From Narcine bancroftii (Eukaryota), in contig NC_091482.1 in assembly GCF_036971445.1 (NCBI RefSeq), positions 16,492,001-16,556,000 on the forward strand: a DNA stretch of 64,000 bases, in the 5' to 3' direction. The translations under genes and the position numbers were made by a program. Each line of letters opens with the position of its first letter. The first letter of the stretch is position 1. The notes below the pieces were generated by a model. It ran no database searches and was not told the DNA's origin. It saw only the letters and a program-made list of their open reading frames with translations. This document shows positions 1-10,376 of the stretch, in pieces.

Positions 1-901
1 TGGTCTAAGTTTGGCTTTGTTTTCAACCAGGGACCCTGAATTTAGCAGACTAATCGACTCCCAGAATCCTGAATCTGTGTTTGATGAAGAATGAGCTCCC
101 ATCACCCACTCCCATCCTATAACCTGTTTTCCTGTTAGACTTTCCCACGCTCCCATCCACACCCTCCACAAAGGTGAAGCACCTAAGGCAACAGCCCAGA
201 ACTTGCAGCTCGTGGTGAGGCAGTGATGCTTCCCACTGCTTTAGGGAAAATGTACCCCAGGGAGACTTGGTCACCTCTGAGGCATGAACTTCCCATTTTC
301 CAATGGCTGCAGCTGGCAGTTCAAAGGTTTGCTTTTCTGTCCATCAGCTGTAATGTTCTGAAGCTTGGATGTGTAGCCAGTCACATCAAAGAATTTTTAA
401 AAATTTTACAGACAGGGAAAGCAATTTTAGTGACATTATTTGTATATTATACCGAGTGATCTTATTATATTCATTTCAGGCAATCCAATACACATACATA
501 AAAGTTGACTTTATAGGACAGTTTGCAAATGTGGCTGAGTGTACCATTAAAACTCCCTTAGAATTAAATTATTTTACTGGGGGTTAATTTGTACATCTAT
601 AATATTCACACTGGTTCAAGGGTTTTTAGTGGTTTTGCAATGGAAATTGCTGCATTGTTTCACTGACTGGAACTTTGTGGTTTCTGATGTCGTACATGAA
701 TGAAAGTCCCGAAGCAGTTGTCAGTGGGATGGAGCAAAGACCCATCCACTCCCTGCCATTGCATTTGGTAAATCAGGGCCACCAAGTGAATGAAAGAGTT
801 GTGGGTGGTTTGTGAGATGAAGTCATGACCATTTGGGAGCTTGTATGCTGAATTCTGACCGTTTCTGATCATGTTAAGAGAGTAAGAATGGGCCAACTTA
901 A

Positions 902-1140
902 GGCAGCACGGTTGCCATAGAGGTTAGCACAACACCTTTACAGCGCCAGCGATTGGGACCGGACCTTGGTTCGAATCCTGCGCTGTCTGTAAGGAGCTTG
1001 TACATTCTCCCTGTGTCTGCGTGGGTTTTCTCTGGGGCTGCGGTTTTCTCCCACCGTTAAAAAAATGTACTGGGGTGTAGGTTAATGGGGTGCATGAAGT
1101 TGTAAGGGCGAATTGGCCTGTTACAGAGCTATATGTCTAA
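902..1140 (+). mobile_element. tRNA-derived SINE (V-SINE/HE1-like)
   Basis: A-box-like start, B-box ggttcgaatcc and central domain gtctgtaaggag.ttgta..ttctccc.gtgtctgcgtgggtttt. Multiple copies in the window. Confidence 0.85.
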
Positions 1141-1397
1141 ATATTTTTAAAAATTAAAAATGTGAAACAACCCTACCACTAATGTCGCTCAGAAAGCAAC
1201 AATCTAAACTTAGAAGATGCTTTCTTGTTTGGCTGAGCCTTTTAACAGTTCTTGAATCAATAGTGCATTGCCATAATGATCCGAACCCAGGTCTAATGCC
1301 AGGAGCAGTCCAAATGAGAAGAGAACGTGAAGCTCAAGAGCTGTAAAATATACCATGGGTATTATTTTGAAGAAGAATATTTATTTCTAGCAAGCAA

Positions 1398-1795
1398 TTC
1401 ACAGAGGTGCTAGAGAAACTCAACAGATCACGTGGCAGCATCTCTAGGAACTAAAAGGTGACCAATGTTTCGGGTCTGAGCCTTTCGTCGAGGTATGAAC
1501 AAACACCAGGCAGGCACCTGAAGAGAAAGGTGGGGAGGAAGGGGCACAGGGTTACATAGGTGGATATAGGTAGGAGGGTAGAAGAGGATAAAGCTGAGGT
1601 GAGACGTGAAGAGCGGGATGGGAAGGGGTGGGAAGATGGAGGAAAGGAGACAGGGATAGGGAAAGAGAGCGGCTTGGAGGAGGGGTTTAACAGAAACTGG
1701 AGAAGTCGATGTTAATGCCGTCTGTTTGGAGAATGTCCAGATGGAATATTAGGTGGTGTTCCTCCAATTTGCGAGTAGCCTCAGTTTGGTAGTTG
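1398..1795 (-). mobile_element. Penelope-like terminal repeat fragment
   Basis: Same architecture as 29785-30330 and 37935-38470: GIY-YIG tail (KLEEHHLIFHL..LQ.DGINIDF), purine-rich spacer and hammerhead-like core. Confidence 0.7.
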
Positions 1796-3194
1796 CATCC
1801 AGGCCCTTAATTTTCTCCAGTTATCTAATCATTCACACATTTTAGGAACTTGCTATCCACATGTTGACAGTGGCATTCCCTACATAAACAATTACATTTC
1901 ACAAGTGCTTTACTGGAGCGTGAGGGAGATTGGAGAAATGCACAACTTTACTCACAAGAAGAGAATATGCAGCACCATCATGTGGTGGGGAAATAATTGA
2001 CAGCTTTGGGGGTTTTATCAATCTCATCCTGATCATCATCTCATCTCATCTTGTCATGGTGAAGAGAAAATTGAATATCCGTGCTGTGTTTGTCACTGAG
2101 AGCCAGTCACAGAGATGTGTTACTTGGGGCCACACTGAAGGAGTGGGAAGGTCTGAACTCCTGCCTCACAACTCCATCGACCTGACCTCCGCTGCTGTTG
2201 GGATGGAGGTTACATGTTCTCCCTGTGAACACATGGGTTTCCTCTGACCTCTCCAGTATCCTCTCACATCCCTGAAGTGTGCAAGTTACATTCAGCAAGT
2301 CACACAGCAACTGTTGCTTGTCTTTTGTAATTCACAGGCCTGGGCTGGGGACAACTTAAGGCCAGAACATAGATTTCTCACAGTTCATTAATACCGTGCA
2401 CCTTGAACGTAAACTCAAATATCTGAAACAGTTTTAAGTTTTGGTTTTATTTTATTCCGTTAATTAACTATTTATGCAATAGTGATGAGGCTTATGTGGG
2501 TCGAGAAGAAAGAGTCTTTTTTCAATTAGAAACATGATGAAAACTTTAACAATTGGAGAGTTAGAAAGTAGGATCAATTTCTATTGTGGGGATGGGGGCC
2601 GGTGGGGGGGGGCGGGGATGGTTAATTCGTCAGCTGGCCTTAAAGGAAAAAAATAAGGCAGGCTACCGATACTGCGGAGCCTTTTTAGTGCTCCAAGCAA
2701 AGTCCAAAAATCACAGAAGACAACAAACAGCCTGGAGAATTCCTTAAACAAAGAGCCACCAGCCCACCGACCCCGCATCTCTGTGCTTCTTTGTGAGAAG
2801 TGAAGCGGGCTGTTGCTCAGGACAGTCGTCTTTGGAAGGAGGTGTTAAATCCTTCTTACGGGGACAAAAAGGATTCTGTGGCGCTGAGCTGCTGGGCATT
2901 TATCACCGGTGTCTTGGCCAACATTTATCCTTCAATCAGCTGTTCTTTGGAAATATTTATCTCGTTGCAGTTACTTAATGAAGAGAATTTGTGTGTGCAC
3001 ATTTCCAGTGGCGACTCTCCAAAAGAGTATCTTTGACCATAAAGATCTTTGGGACGTTGTGAACAATGCTGTAAAAATGCTAATTACGACTACTGTAGTT
3101 GTGTCCATTTTCTCAGTTAGCTAATATCTTCCAACAGTTAATGTTCCCTGTGCCATACATGAAAATAATAAGAATTATGCATTCTTTTTTCCAG

Positions 3195-3246
3195 CAATAA
3201 TAATCGTGTTTGATGTTAATGATGTAGCGTCTCTGGATCATGTAAA
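3195..3246 (+). CDS. RAB34: RAB34 internal coding exon (AIIIVFDVNDVASLDHVK); upstream exons lie outside the window
   Basis: ccag acceptor at 3191-3194 and gtaagt donor at 3247. The translation matches RAB34 AIIIVFNLNDVASLEHTK, and its phase is compatible with the next exon. Confidence 0.92.
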
Positions 3247-3459
3247 GTAAGTAACAAAGTGAGACTTTGTGCTGTCATCACGAAAAGAAACCTGCAAAAT
3301 AATTTTTTTTCAAACTATCTTTATTTGCCACTGTTGAATTGTTTGATTTGTGAAGGCAGTGTGCCAAATTTAATGGATTTATTATAAATTCACCCACTAT
3401 TTACCTATTAAATGTATGAAACTCATCATCTCTGAAAATGGCTTACATTTTTTTTATAA

Positions 3460-3643
3460 TTAGACATACAACACTATAACAGGCCAATAAGAGTCCATGC
3501 CGCCCAAATTACCGGTATGTTTTTGAATGGTGGGAGGAAACCAGAGCCCGCGGAGGAAAACCCATGCAGACAGACAGTGCGGGATTCGAACACAGGTCCG
3601 GTCCCGATCGCTGACGCTGTAAAGGCGTTGCGCTAACCATGCC
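3460..3643 (-). mobile_element. tRNA-derived SINE
   Basis: Reverse complement of the 902-1140 family (gggattcgaac B-box). Confidence 0.8.
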
Positions 3644-4021
3644 ATTAATAAGATACCTGAAACATTAACTGTTCATTTCTCCCTGCAGATGCTACTTGGC
3701 CTGATGAGTATTTGCAATTCTTGTACTCTTTTTGAATTGGATTATGTGCCCATCTAATAATGAGGCTTCCGATAATTACTCACGCATCACATCGATCATA
3801 GTTTTTCACTTCCCCAAACCATTCACTGCTCTTTGCCACTTTATGACTGAATATGTGTAACTTGCACAAATTATTTTTAATCGAATTTTGTTTCAGTACA
3901 GAATTGTGATGTTACACATAAATAACAAATGTTTCAATATGCCAAATTAGTCTCTGGATAAAAGATAAACTTTGGATTCTGATTTTTTCTTCTCCCTCCT
4001 CTTCATATTTGTTGTCCTCAG

Positions 4022-4103
4022 GCAATGGTTAAAAGATGCACTGAAAGAAAACGACCCTTCCTCTGTACTACTGTTTTTAGTTGGAACAAAGAAGGATCTT
4101 AGT
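4022..4103 (+). CDS. RAB34: RAB34 coding exon (QWLKDALKENDPSSVLLFLVGTKKDLS), contains G4 box
   Basis: Polypyrimidine tract with cag acceptor and gtaagt donor at 4104. Near-identical to RAB34 QWLADALKENDPSSVLLFLVGSKKDLS. Confidence 0.95.
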
Positions 4104-5313
4104 GTAAGTAGCAAGCGAATTTAGTGAGCTATTTATGAAAACATTGCGGGGTTGATATATTTTAATTAAAATACTCCCAACAGTTAAATTTCAAATATTG
4201 TGATTTCATGTCCTGCAAACTTATGGGGGAAGGAGAAGTCATTGACGTTAGCAGGTTTCAGAGGAAATGTCGGAAAAATCCATTTCCCTCAAAGGCCTTA
4301 TTACCTTTTCTACTGTCCTGTTCCACTGTTACATTTAACTAAAGTAAATCTTGTATGAGACTCCCATATTCATGGAACAATTTTTTTAAAGATGTGTATG
4401 TGAATACTTATCCTGCATATGTATTGTTTGTCTGTATGTGTGTTATGTCTGTAGTGTGTCTGCATGTTTTGCACCGAGGACCAGAGAACACTGTTTCGTC
4501 AGGTTGTACTTGTACAATCAGATGACAATAAACTTGACTTGGCCTTATCACAGTCTTAACCCAGGCAACAGGAAGGATAACTTCATGTATCTATTGCCTT
4601 TGTGGATCTGCTTTACCCCTATTCCCACCAACTTTTGATCTGCACTTAGTTTCGAATCATTTACATTTATGACTGACTTCTTGCATGACCTTATTGATCA
4701 GAGAAGCATTTCAGAATCACTCTTAAAGATGGGAGGGTCAGGAGCATTTGCTCCAAATACCACGAGAACTCCTGCACTTGCATTTCCCTCAATTCTCTTC
4801 ATCAACGTTGACTCAACTGTGATTCATTGCACATTACTCATTGTCACAGAGTCATTGTCAGAACAAATCTAATCGAGGGGCATTAGGGGGTGGAGGGAGG
4901 AATGAATTTTTCAGTGGCGGGGTGTGGGGGCAATAGTGTCGGACCAGGATGGTGGCTGCAGTGACATCAAACCAGGGAGGGGTGTCAGCACCAGCATCAG
5001 GCCGGGTGGGGTGGGTGCACAATCACCCCCCTCCCATGACGTCAACCCTGGCCCTCGGCTACAGACTTCCAGTTCGACCATTCTAATAATGGAAGCTGGT
5101 TTCTATCGAGTGCCTGAACCTGTTGATTAAGAGATCAGGGAATGGGGTGCATGCTAAGGAAGACCATTTCTTGAAATCAGCCAAGCCACCCACCCCTATG
5201 ATGCCCAATGAGTCTGTACACTTGTTAGGCAGCTACTCCTTGACTGAGCACTCTTGCCAGAATCAGGTGCATTTTATTATTTAACACAGTGTATTGTTCA
5301 TTGTTCCATCCAG

Positions 5314-5404
5314 TCTCCTGCCCAGTACAATCTGATTGAGAAAGATGCCATCAAAATTGCGAAAGAAATAAAGGCTGAATATTGGGCATTATCTTCCCTA
5401 ACTG
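5314..5404 (+). CDS. RAB34: RAB34 coding exon (SPAQYNLIEKDAIKIAKEIKAEYWALSSLT)
   Basis: cag acceptor at 5311-5313 and gtgagt donor at 5405. Matches RAB34 TPAQYALMEKDA...AEYWAVSSLTG. Confidence 0.95.
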
Positions 5405-6139
5405 GTGAGTACAGCTTCACTGCATCCTGAAAAAGCAAAAGCTATAATCAGTGCAGTATCATTTTGTGTAGACAGGATTATGAATTTCTGAGTGAAGAGT
5501 GGAGAATTGACCATTCCCTGGTTTGGATGAAAGGGGTTTTGACTTTAGGGAGGTATTGGTTCTGCTCTGTATTTTATAATCTCTTACAAATAATGGGAAA
5601 TAAAGTGAGGAGCAGTGTATACAAGTTAGCAGATTCCAAGATTCAATTGATTGGTCACTCTCATAAAAACAGGATAACATGACACAATACTGCTTTTGCC
5701 TCTGTGAGGTCTGACAGACTCGCCTTCGGCAGAAATTGCCTGAAGCGCCTCTTCCAGTCAGAGAAGGAGAAGCCACAGAGAGTCCCCCCAGAGTCGCCGA
5801 GCGTCCGTAGATTTGCCTCCAGAGCTTCCGCAGGTTCCATATCTGCTTTCACTATTGCCAGGTCAAAGGTCGCCCACAGCTCTGATCAGCCGTGATTCAA
5901 AGTACGGCAGAGCAGACTTGCATCTTTCATCTTTCAAAATGGCTTTGTTATTTATACACATTATTTTTATTAAAAAAAAACACAAGATGACAATGTTTTA
6001 GCTGAAAGTAAATATCACAGGATGGACAGCATACTTGGTTTCATATACTTTGGAATGAACATGGAATAAGATATTGTGTTCAAGGTTCCAACCCCACTGG
6101 AAAGGCTTTCATTATGTTTTAGCTTGAAAGTTGGGACAG

Positions 6140-6570
6140 CAATAGAGTAGTCCTGCAAATTTGAATGATGAGAAATGGAGATTGTACCAGATGTATATTT
6201 CATGTGTTCCTGGGCGTGGGTCTGTGTGCAGGTTCAAAGGTGAAGTGTTGCTTCACTTGGAAGGACTGCTTGGGACCCTGAATGGCTGTGAGGGAGAAGG
6301 GGTGTGTGCAACTCTGTTCCTCCAGGTCTGCATTTATTCCCCCCCCCCCCCCCGAACAATTCTCACCTTCCCTCTCCTGTCCAGGTCCAATGATCACCTT
6401 TTGCCTGTTGGTCTGTGCTCCTCCCCCTTGCCCCTTCTTCCCCCACCTGCCCACTTTGTGCTCAGACCTTGAAGGAGGGCTCAGGCTGAAATGTTCGATG
6501 TAGATCTTTACCTCCTGTAGACGCTGCGTGACCTGCTGAGTTCCTCCAGCACCTTTGGGTTTTTACTACT
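6140..6570. mobile_element. Penelope-like fragment with inverted junction
   Basis: Minus-strand GIY-YIG portion (6140-6320) joined to a plus-strand terminal repeat ending gacctgctgagttcctccagc. Confidence 0.6.
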
Positions 6571-7203
6571 TTTCATTCCTTTTGGAGCAAGTTTTGACCA
6601 TCTGTCCTTCTAAGTCCTGTGTTGTCTCCAATCTCCCCCTCTCTAATTCCCCGAAGAGGCTTTGCAATAGCAAAGGGAGTCACCAGAATTTTCTAAGGGG
6701 ATTTTCCAAAACAGTCATTGGAATTTCAGTGGGAACTCTGGATGGATCAAGCAAACAGGGTTTGGTGCAGGCAATAGGGACGTTGTGTAATGCAGTTATG
6801 TAGCCTCCTCCACAATTCCATTAGGTGGCACTGTTCAACCATTCTTCTGTGAACATCAGAAGCATGGAAGTTTGCAGATACTGTGATTTGTAGTAAAAAC
6901 ACGGCAATGCTGGAGGACCTCAGCAGCTCTCGCAACTCCCAGAGGAGGAAAAGATTTTTATTTCTCTCGGTCACTGCGAGACCGGCTGAGATCCTCCAGC
7001 ATTTTGGTGTGGTTTTACTACAATTACAGTGCCTGCAGACTGTCATGTTTCACTTTTTACTAACTAGCTCTATGTCTAAAATGGCAGTGTTTATTGTTTA
7101 CTTGGTCAGGTTTTGTCCTTAAACTTAAGTGAGGTGGACCTAATCCTTAGCTATTCTCTTCCAGAATTTTCATTAAAGTATCTATAATAATTGTAGGATC
7201 TTT

Positions 7204-7240
7204 TTTTTAATTTTTTAAAAAATTTTTCACACTATAAACC
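7204..7240 (-). mobile_element. Extremely 5'-truncated L1 insertion (~37 bp) with 18-bp TSD
   Basis: TSD aataattgtaggatcttt at 7186-7203 and 7241-7258. The insert matches the 3' end of the full L1 (tttttcacactat(a/g)aacc, 52626-52645). Confidence 0.88.
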
Positions 7241-7702
7241 AATAATTGTAGGATCTTTATAGAATAAAAATAGGATGCTGTAGCTTCATTTAAAAATCGG
7301 TATCTACTCCTTATGGCACTCTAAATAAATAATATGCATCTGGTGCATTTAAAAAAATATGTCCGAGTGTTTTGTGAACCTTTATATTTCAGTAGGCTTT
7401 GTTATTTTCACTTCTGCTCATGGGCCCTCATGAATGCCCATTATTATCTACTCTACTGGGCATGGAATATGCATCTGGGTACCTTCCAATGGAACTTCTA
7501 ACTGGGTTAGAATCTAGGCATCACTTGTGATCGACCTTTCTGCTTCTCTACTGGTCCAAGAGCCAGGCCTCATCTTCTGCCACAGTGATTGGATACAATT
7601 CCTGTCGCTCCAAGGCATCAACCAGGAGGCTGGGGCTGTGTTTAGGGGGATGTGACTGGAAGGAGTTTTACAGGGCAATGCACTCTTCTTCATTGTCCAC
7701 AG

Positions 7703-7810
7703 GAGAAAATGTCAATGAGTTCTTTTTCCGGGTTGCCTCCTTGACCTTTGAATCCAATGTTTTGACTGAGCTGGAAAAGACTGGCCCAAGGAGGATTGGA
7801 GACGTTGTTC
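7703..7810 (+). CDS. RAB34: RAB34 coding exon (GENVNEFFFRVASLTFESNVLTELEKTGPRRIGDVV)
   Basis: cacag acceptor and gtgagt donor at 7811. The peptide is visible inside ORF 7585..7896 and matches RAB34. Confidence 0.95.
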
Positions 7811-9925
7811 GTGAGTATAGCTGGGCGTATTCCTTTCCAACAGGAGCTATTCAGCTCATATCAGTCAAGATGGCAGGAGAGAGGGATGAGCAATAAATGG
7901 TGCTGTGTTAGCAATGCCCACCTCTGTAAATACAGGTGCTCCCAGACTTGTGACCTATGCGACTTAAGTCCATTGAACATACAGCCGAATTTTTTTTTAA
8001 ATCTATAAAAAAATGAAAAATTTACATGATTTGTGTTGTAAAATATAACATAAATCATGTAAATTTTACAATCTATAATAAGGCTACAGGGCATGCAAGA
8101 GCCAAGATGCGCATACTTACCTTGCTAGTTAGGGTCTGTAAGTTGGCGCATGTGCGGTGAGTTTGCGGGTCAAATTCAACATCGTCAGTAACAGAACTCC
8201 TAAAGTTAACAGTTTACTTGGTCAGTGTTTGTCCTTAAGCTTAAGTGAGATGGACCTAATACTTAGCTATTCTCTTCTAGAATTTTCATTAAAGTAGCTA
8301 TAATAATTGTACGATCTTTATAGAATAAAAATTGGATGCTGTAGCTTCATCTGATTGGATTTAATGGGGGGTGGTGTTACAGAAACTTGTGATGTAAATG
8401 ATTGTTTAGGAACACACTTCCTCCCCCTCCCCCCCCCACACACCCACACCCACGATGTGGGGATTTGCCTGTATTTTTAATTTCTCAAGTGAGAAAGTCT
8501 TTGAATACTTCGGAGCAGAATTAGGCCATTCAGCCCATTGAGTCTGCCCCGCCATTCAATTCATGGCTGATGTACTTTTCCTTTCAACCCCTTAACCTTT
8601 GAGAAGATGTTACCTTTTAACTTCTCACAACCTTTGATGCCCTTACTAATTAAGAATCTACCAATTTCTGCTTTAAATATACCCAAATGACTTAGCCGCC
8701 ACTGCTGTGTGATTCATAACCTTCTGACTGAAGGAACGTCTTCTCATCCCTGTTCTAAAAGGCCGCCCAAAGATTGCTGAGCTCTACCTGCAATGTACTG
8801 ATGGTGAAAATCGCTGTGAATCAGGGTTTTTTTAAAAACCGGCAGCACATGAAGGGTCCCATTTCCTACCCATCATTAGCTCTGCTGCACCTGCTCTCAG
8901 GCCTGGTGGCCATCGATCCTTCCGTGGCCCCTTTCTCTGTGTCCAGAGTTCTGTAGGTGTCAAGGTGCTGCAATGAGAGTTCCCTCTCTGAGGAGGGTGC
9001 AACAAGTTCAAGTTCATCATCATCCATTTGCACAAGTACAACCAGACGAAACAGCCTTCTCCGGTCCTCGGTGTAAAACACGCTGATATTCATTCAGGCA
9101 TAACACACCTGCAGACAAAATATACATATACAGTACATACATAAAGATGGATGGAGTTATTCCACGTAGCAGGCATAACTTGGTAGGTAGAGGTGGCAGT
9201 ATGCCTTCCGCAAGTTCAGGGGAATTGGGAGCATGCCACAAATTTATACCACAACACTGCAATCCATTTCCCATGAAGATACAAGGAAACAAGTTGAAGC
9301 CTGACAGCCAATATTGCACCGGAGGTGGTGCTGGCTGAAGAATAACACTGTCTTCTGCCATCATCATTCATTCAAATCCATTCATGTTAATGATGTTCCT
9401 GCCTGAGAACAGCTATTTTGATGGTATCTTATGCCTTCATCTTTCTGTACCACCCTTCACCATATGCCCTTGCTGTGACCTCAGAACCTTCTGATTTGGG
9501 GTCCAGAGTAGGACTAATATGGGAAATAAAACATGAAATATTACACCCCTTTCAGCCCACTATGTAAACCTACTACACCACAATCTCATTTTTTCCCTAC
9601 CTCCAACATTAACCCTCTATTTCTATTATATCAGTGTGCCTATCTTTGTATTTTCAATGTCCCTATTGTACCAGCACCAACTGCCCTCCTCCCCAACCCC
9701 TGTCATTACATTCCAGACACCCACCAAAAAAATGTACTTCTGACATCTTCCACTATGCCTGGTGGAATTACGTAGGCATCCCTAAGTCATCAACTCTTCT
9801 CCTTTCTGCTGTTTGGACATGTTAAATGGCCGGACATGTTTAAAAATCACTCTCCGCCTTGGGGCAGGGAACAATTAAGGTACAAATTGCAGAGTTTGCA
9901 AATATCTGCTCTGATACAATCTCTA

Positions 9926-10241
9926 GCCCCTTTTCCATAGGCATCCCAGTTTATTGGGTGTGCAGTGCCCCGGGATAGAAAGACCTTTGTGTGGTTTCCA
10001 TTGGGTCACCTTTAACTGGGACACTAATTGCTTTTCCACTGAACACAACTCATCCCCAAGGATCTACCTTCATCTGGAAATGGGTGACTTTCTGTTGTCC
10101 CCTTTCCACTGGTTTTGTCAGCAAACGCCGGGAATACGAGTAGGTTAATCCCCAGCGTGAAATGATGTCATTTGACGCTGGTGTTCAATGTTCCTTGTCC
10201 ACTGGACCCTGTCCCAGTGAATTCCCAGTGGAAAAGGGGGG
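9926..10241. mobile_element. PIF/Harbinger-like MITE just upstream of the last RAB34 acceptor
   Basis: TIR ccccttttcca / tggaaaagggg with cta/tta flanks. Confidence 0.6.
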
Positions 10242-10308
10242 TTACATTAAATATCTCTGGTTTAATTGTTATTGTAATTCATACAATAAGACTTTTTTTC
10301 CTTTACAG

Positions 10309-10376
10309 GCATCAACAATAATGATAAAAACCTGTATAGAAATGGGAAGAAATCTAAGCCAACCTGCTGTCAGTGA
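10309..10376 (+). CDS. RAB34: RAB34 last coding exon (RINNNDKNLYRNGKKSKPTCCQ*), C-terminal CCX prenylation motif
   Basis: tttacag acceptor at 10308, in-phase reading to TGA at 10374-10376. Resembles RAB34 RINSDDSNLYLTASKKKPTCCP. Confidence 0.93.

Larger units (their letters stand above)
7096..8350 (+). repeat. ~140-bp direct duplication (7096-7289 and 8212-8350) flanking a RAB34 exon
   Basis: gtttacttggtcag...ggatgctgtagcttcat occurs twice with few substitutions. The first copy carries the micro-L1. Confidence 0.92.

Noticed and set aside
902-985. tRNA gene-like A/B boxes
   Set aside because: This is the head of a multicopy SINE with no complete cloverleaf.
2960-3090. Possible hAT transposase remnant (DLWDVVNNAVKML)
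   Set aside because: Too short and degraded to call with confidence without a profile search.
7585-7896. 103-aa ORF as a standalone gene
   Set aside because: Only 7703-7810 is coding (a RAB34 exon). The rest is intronic.
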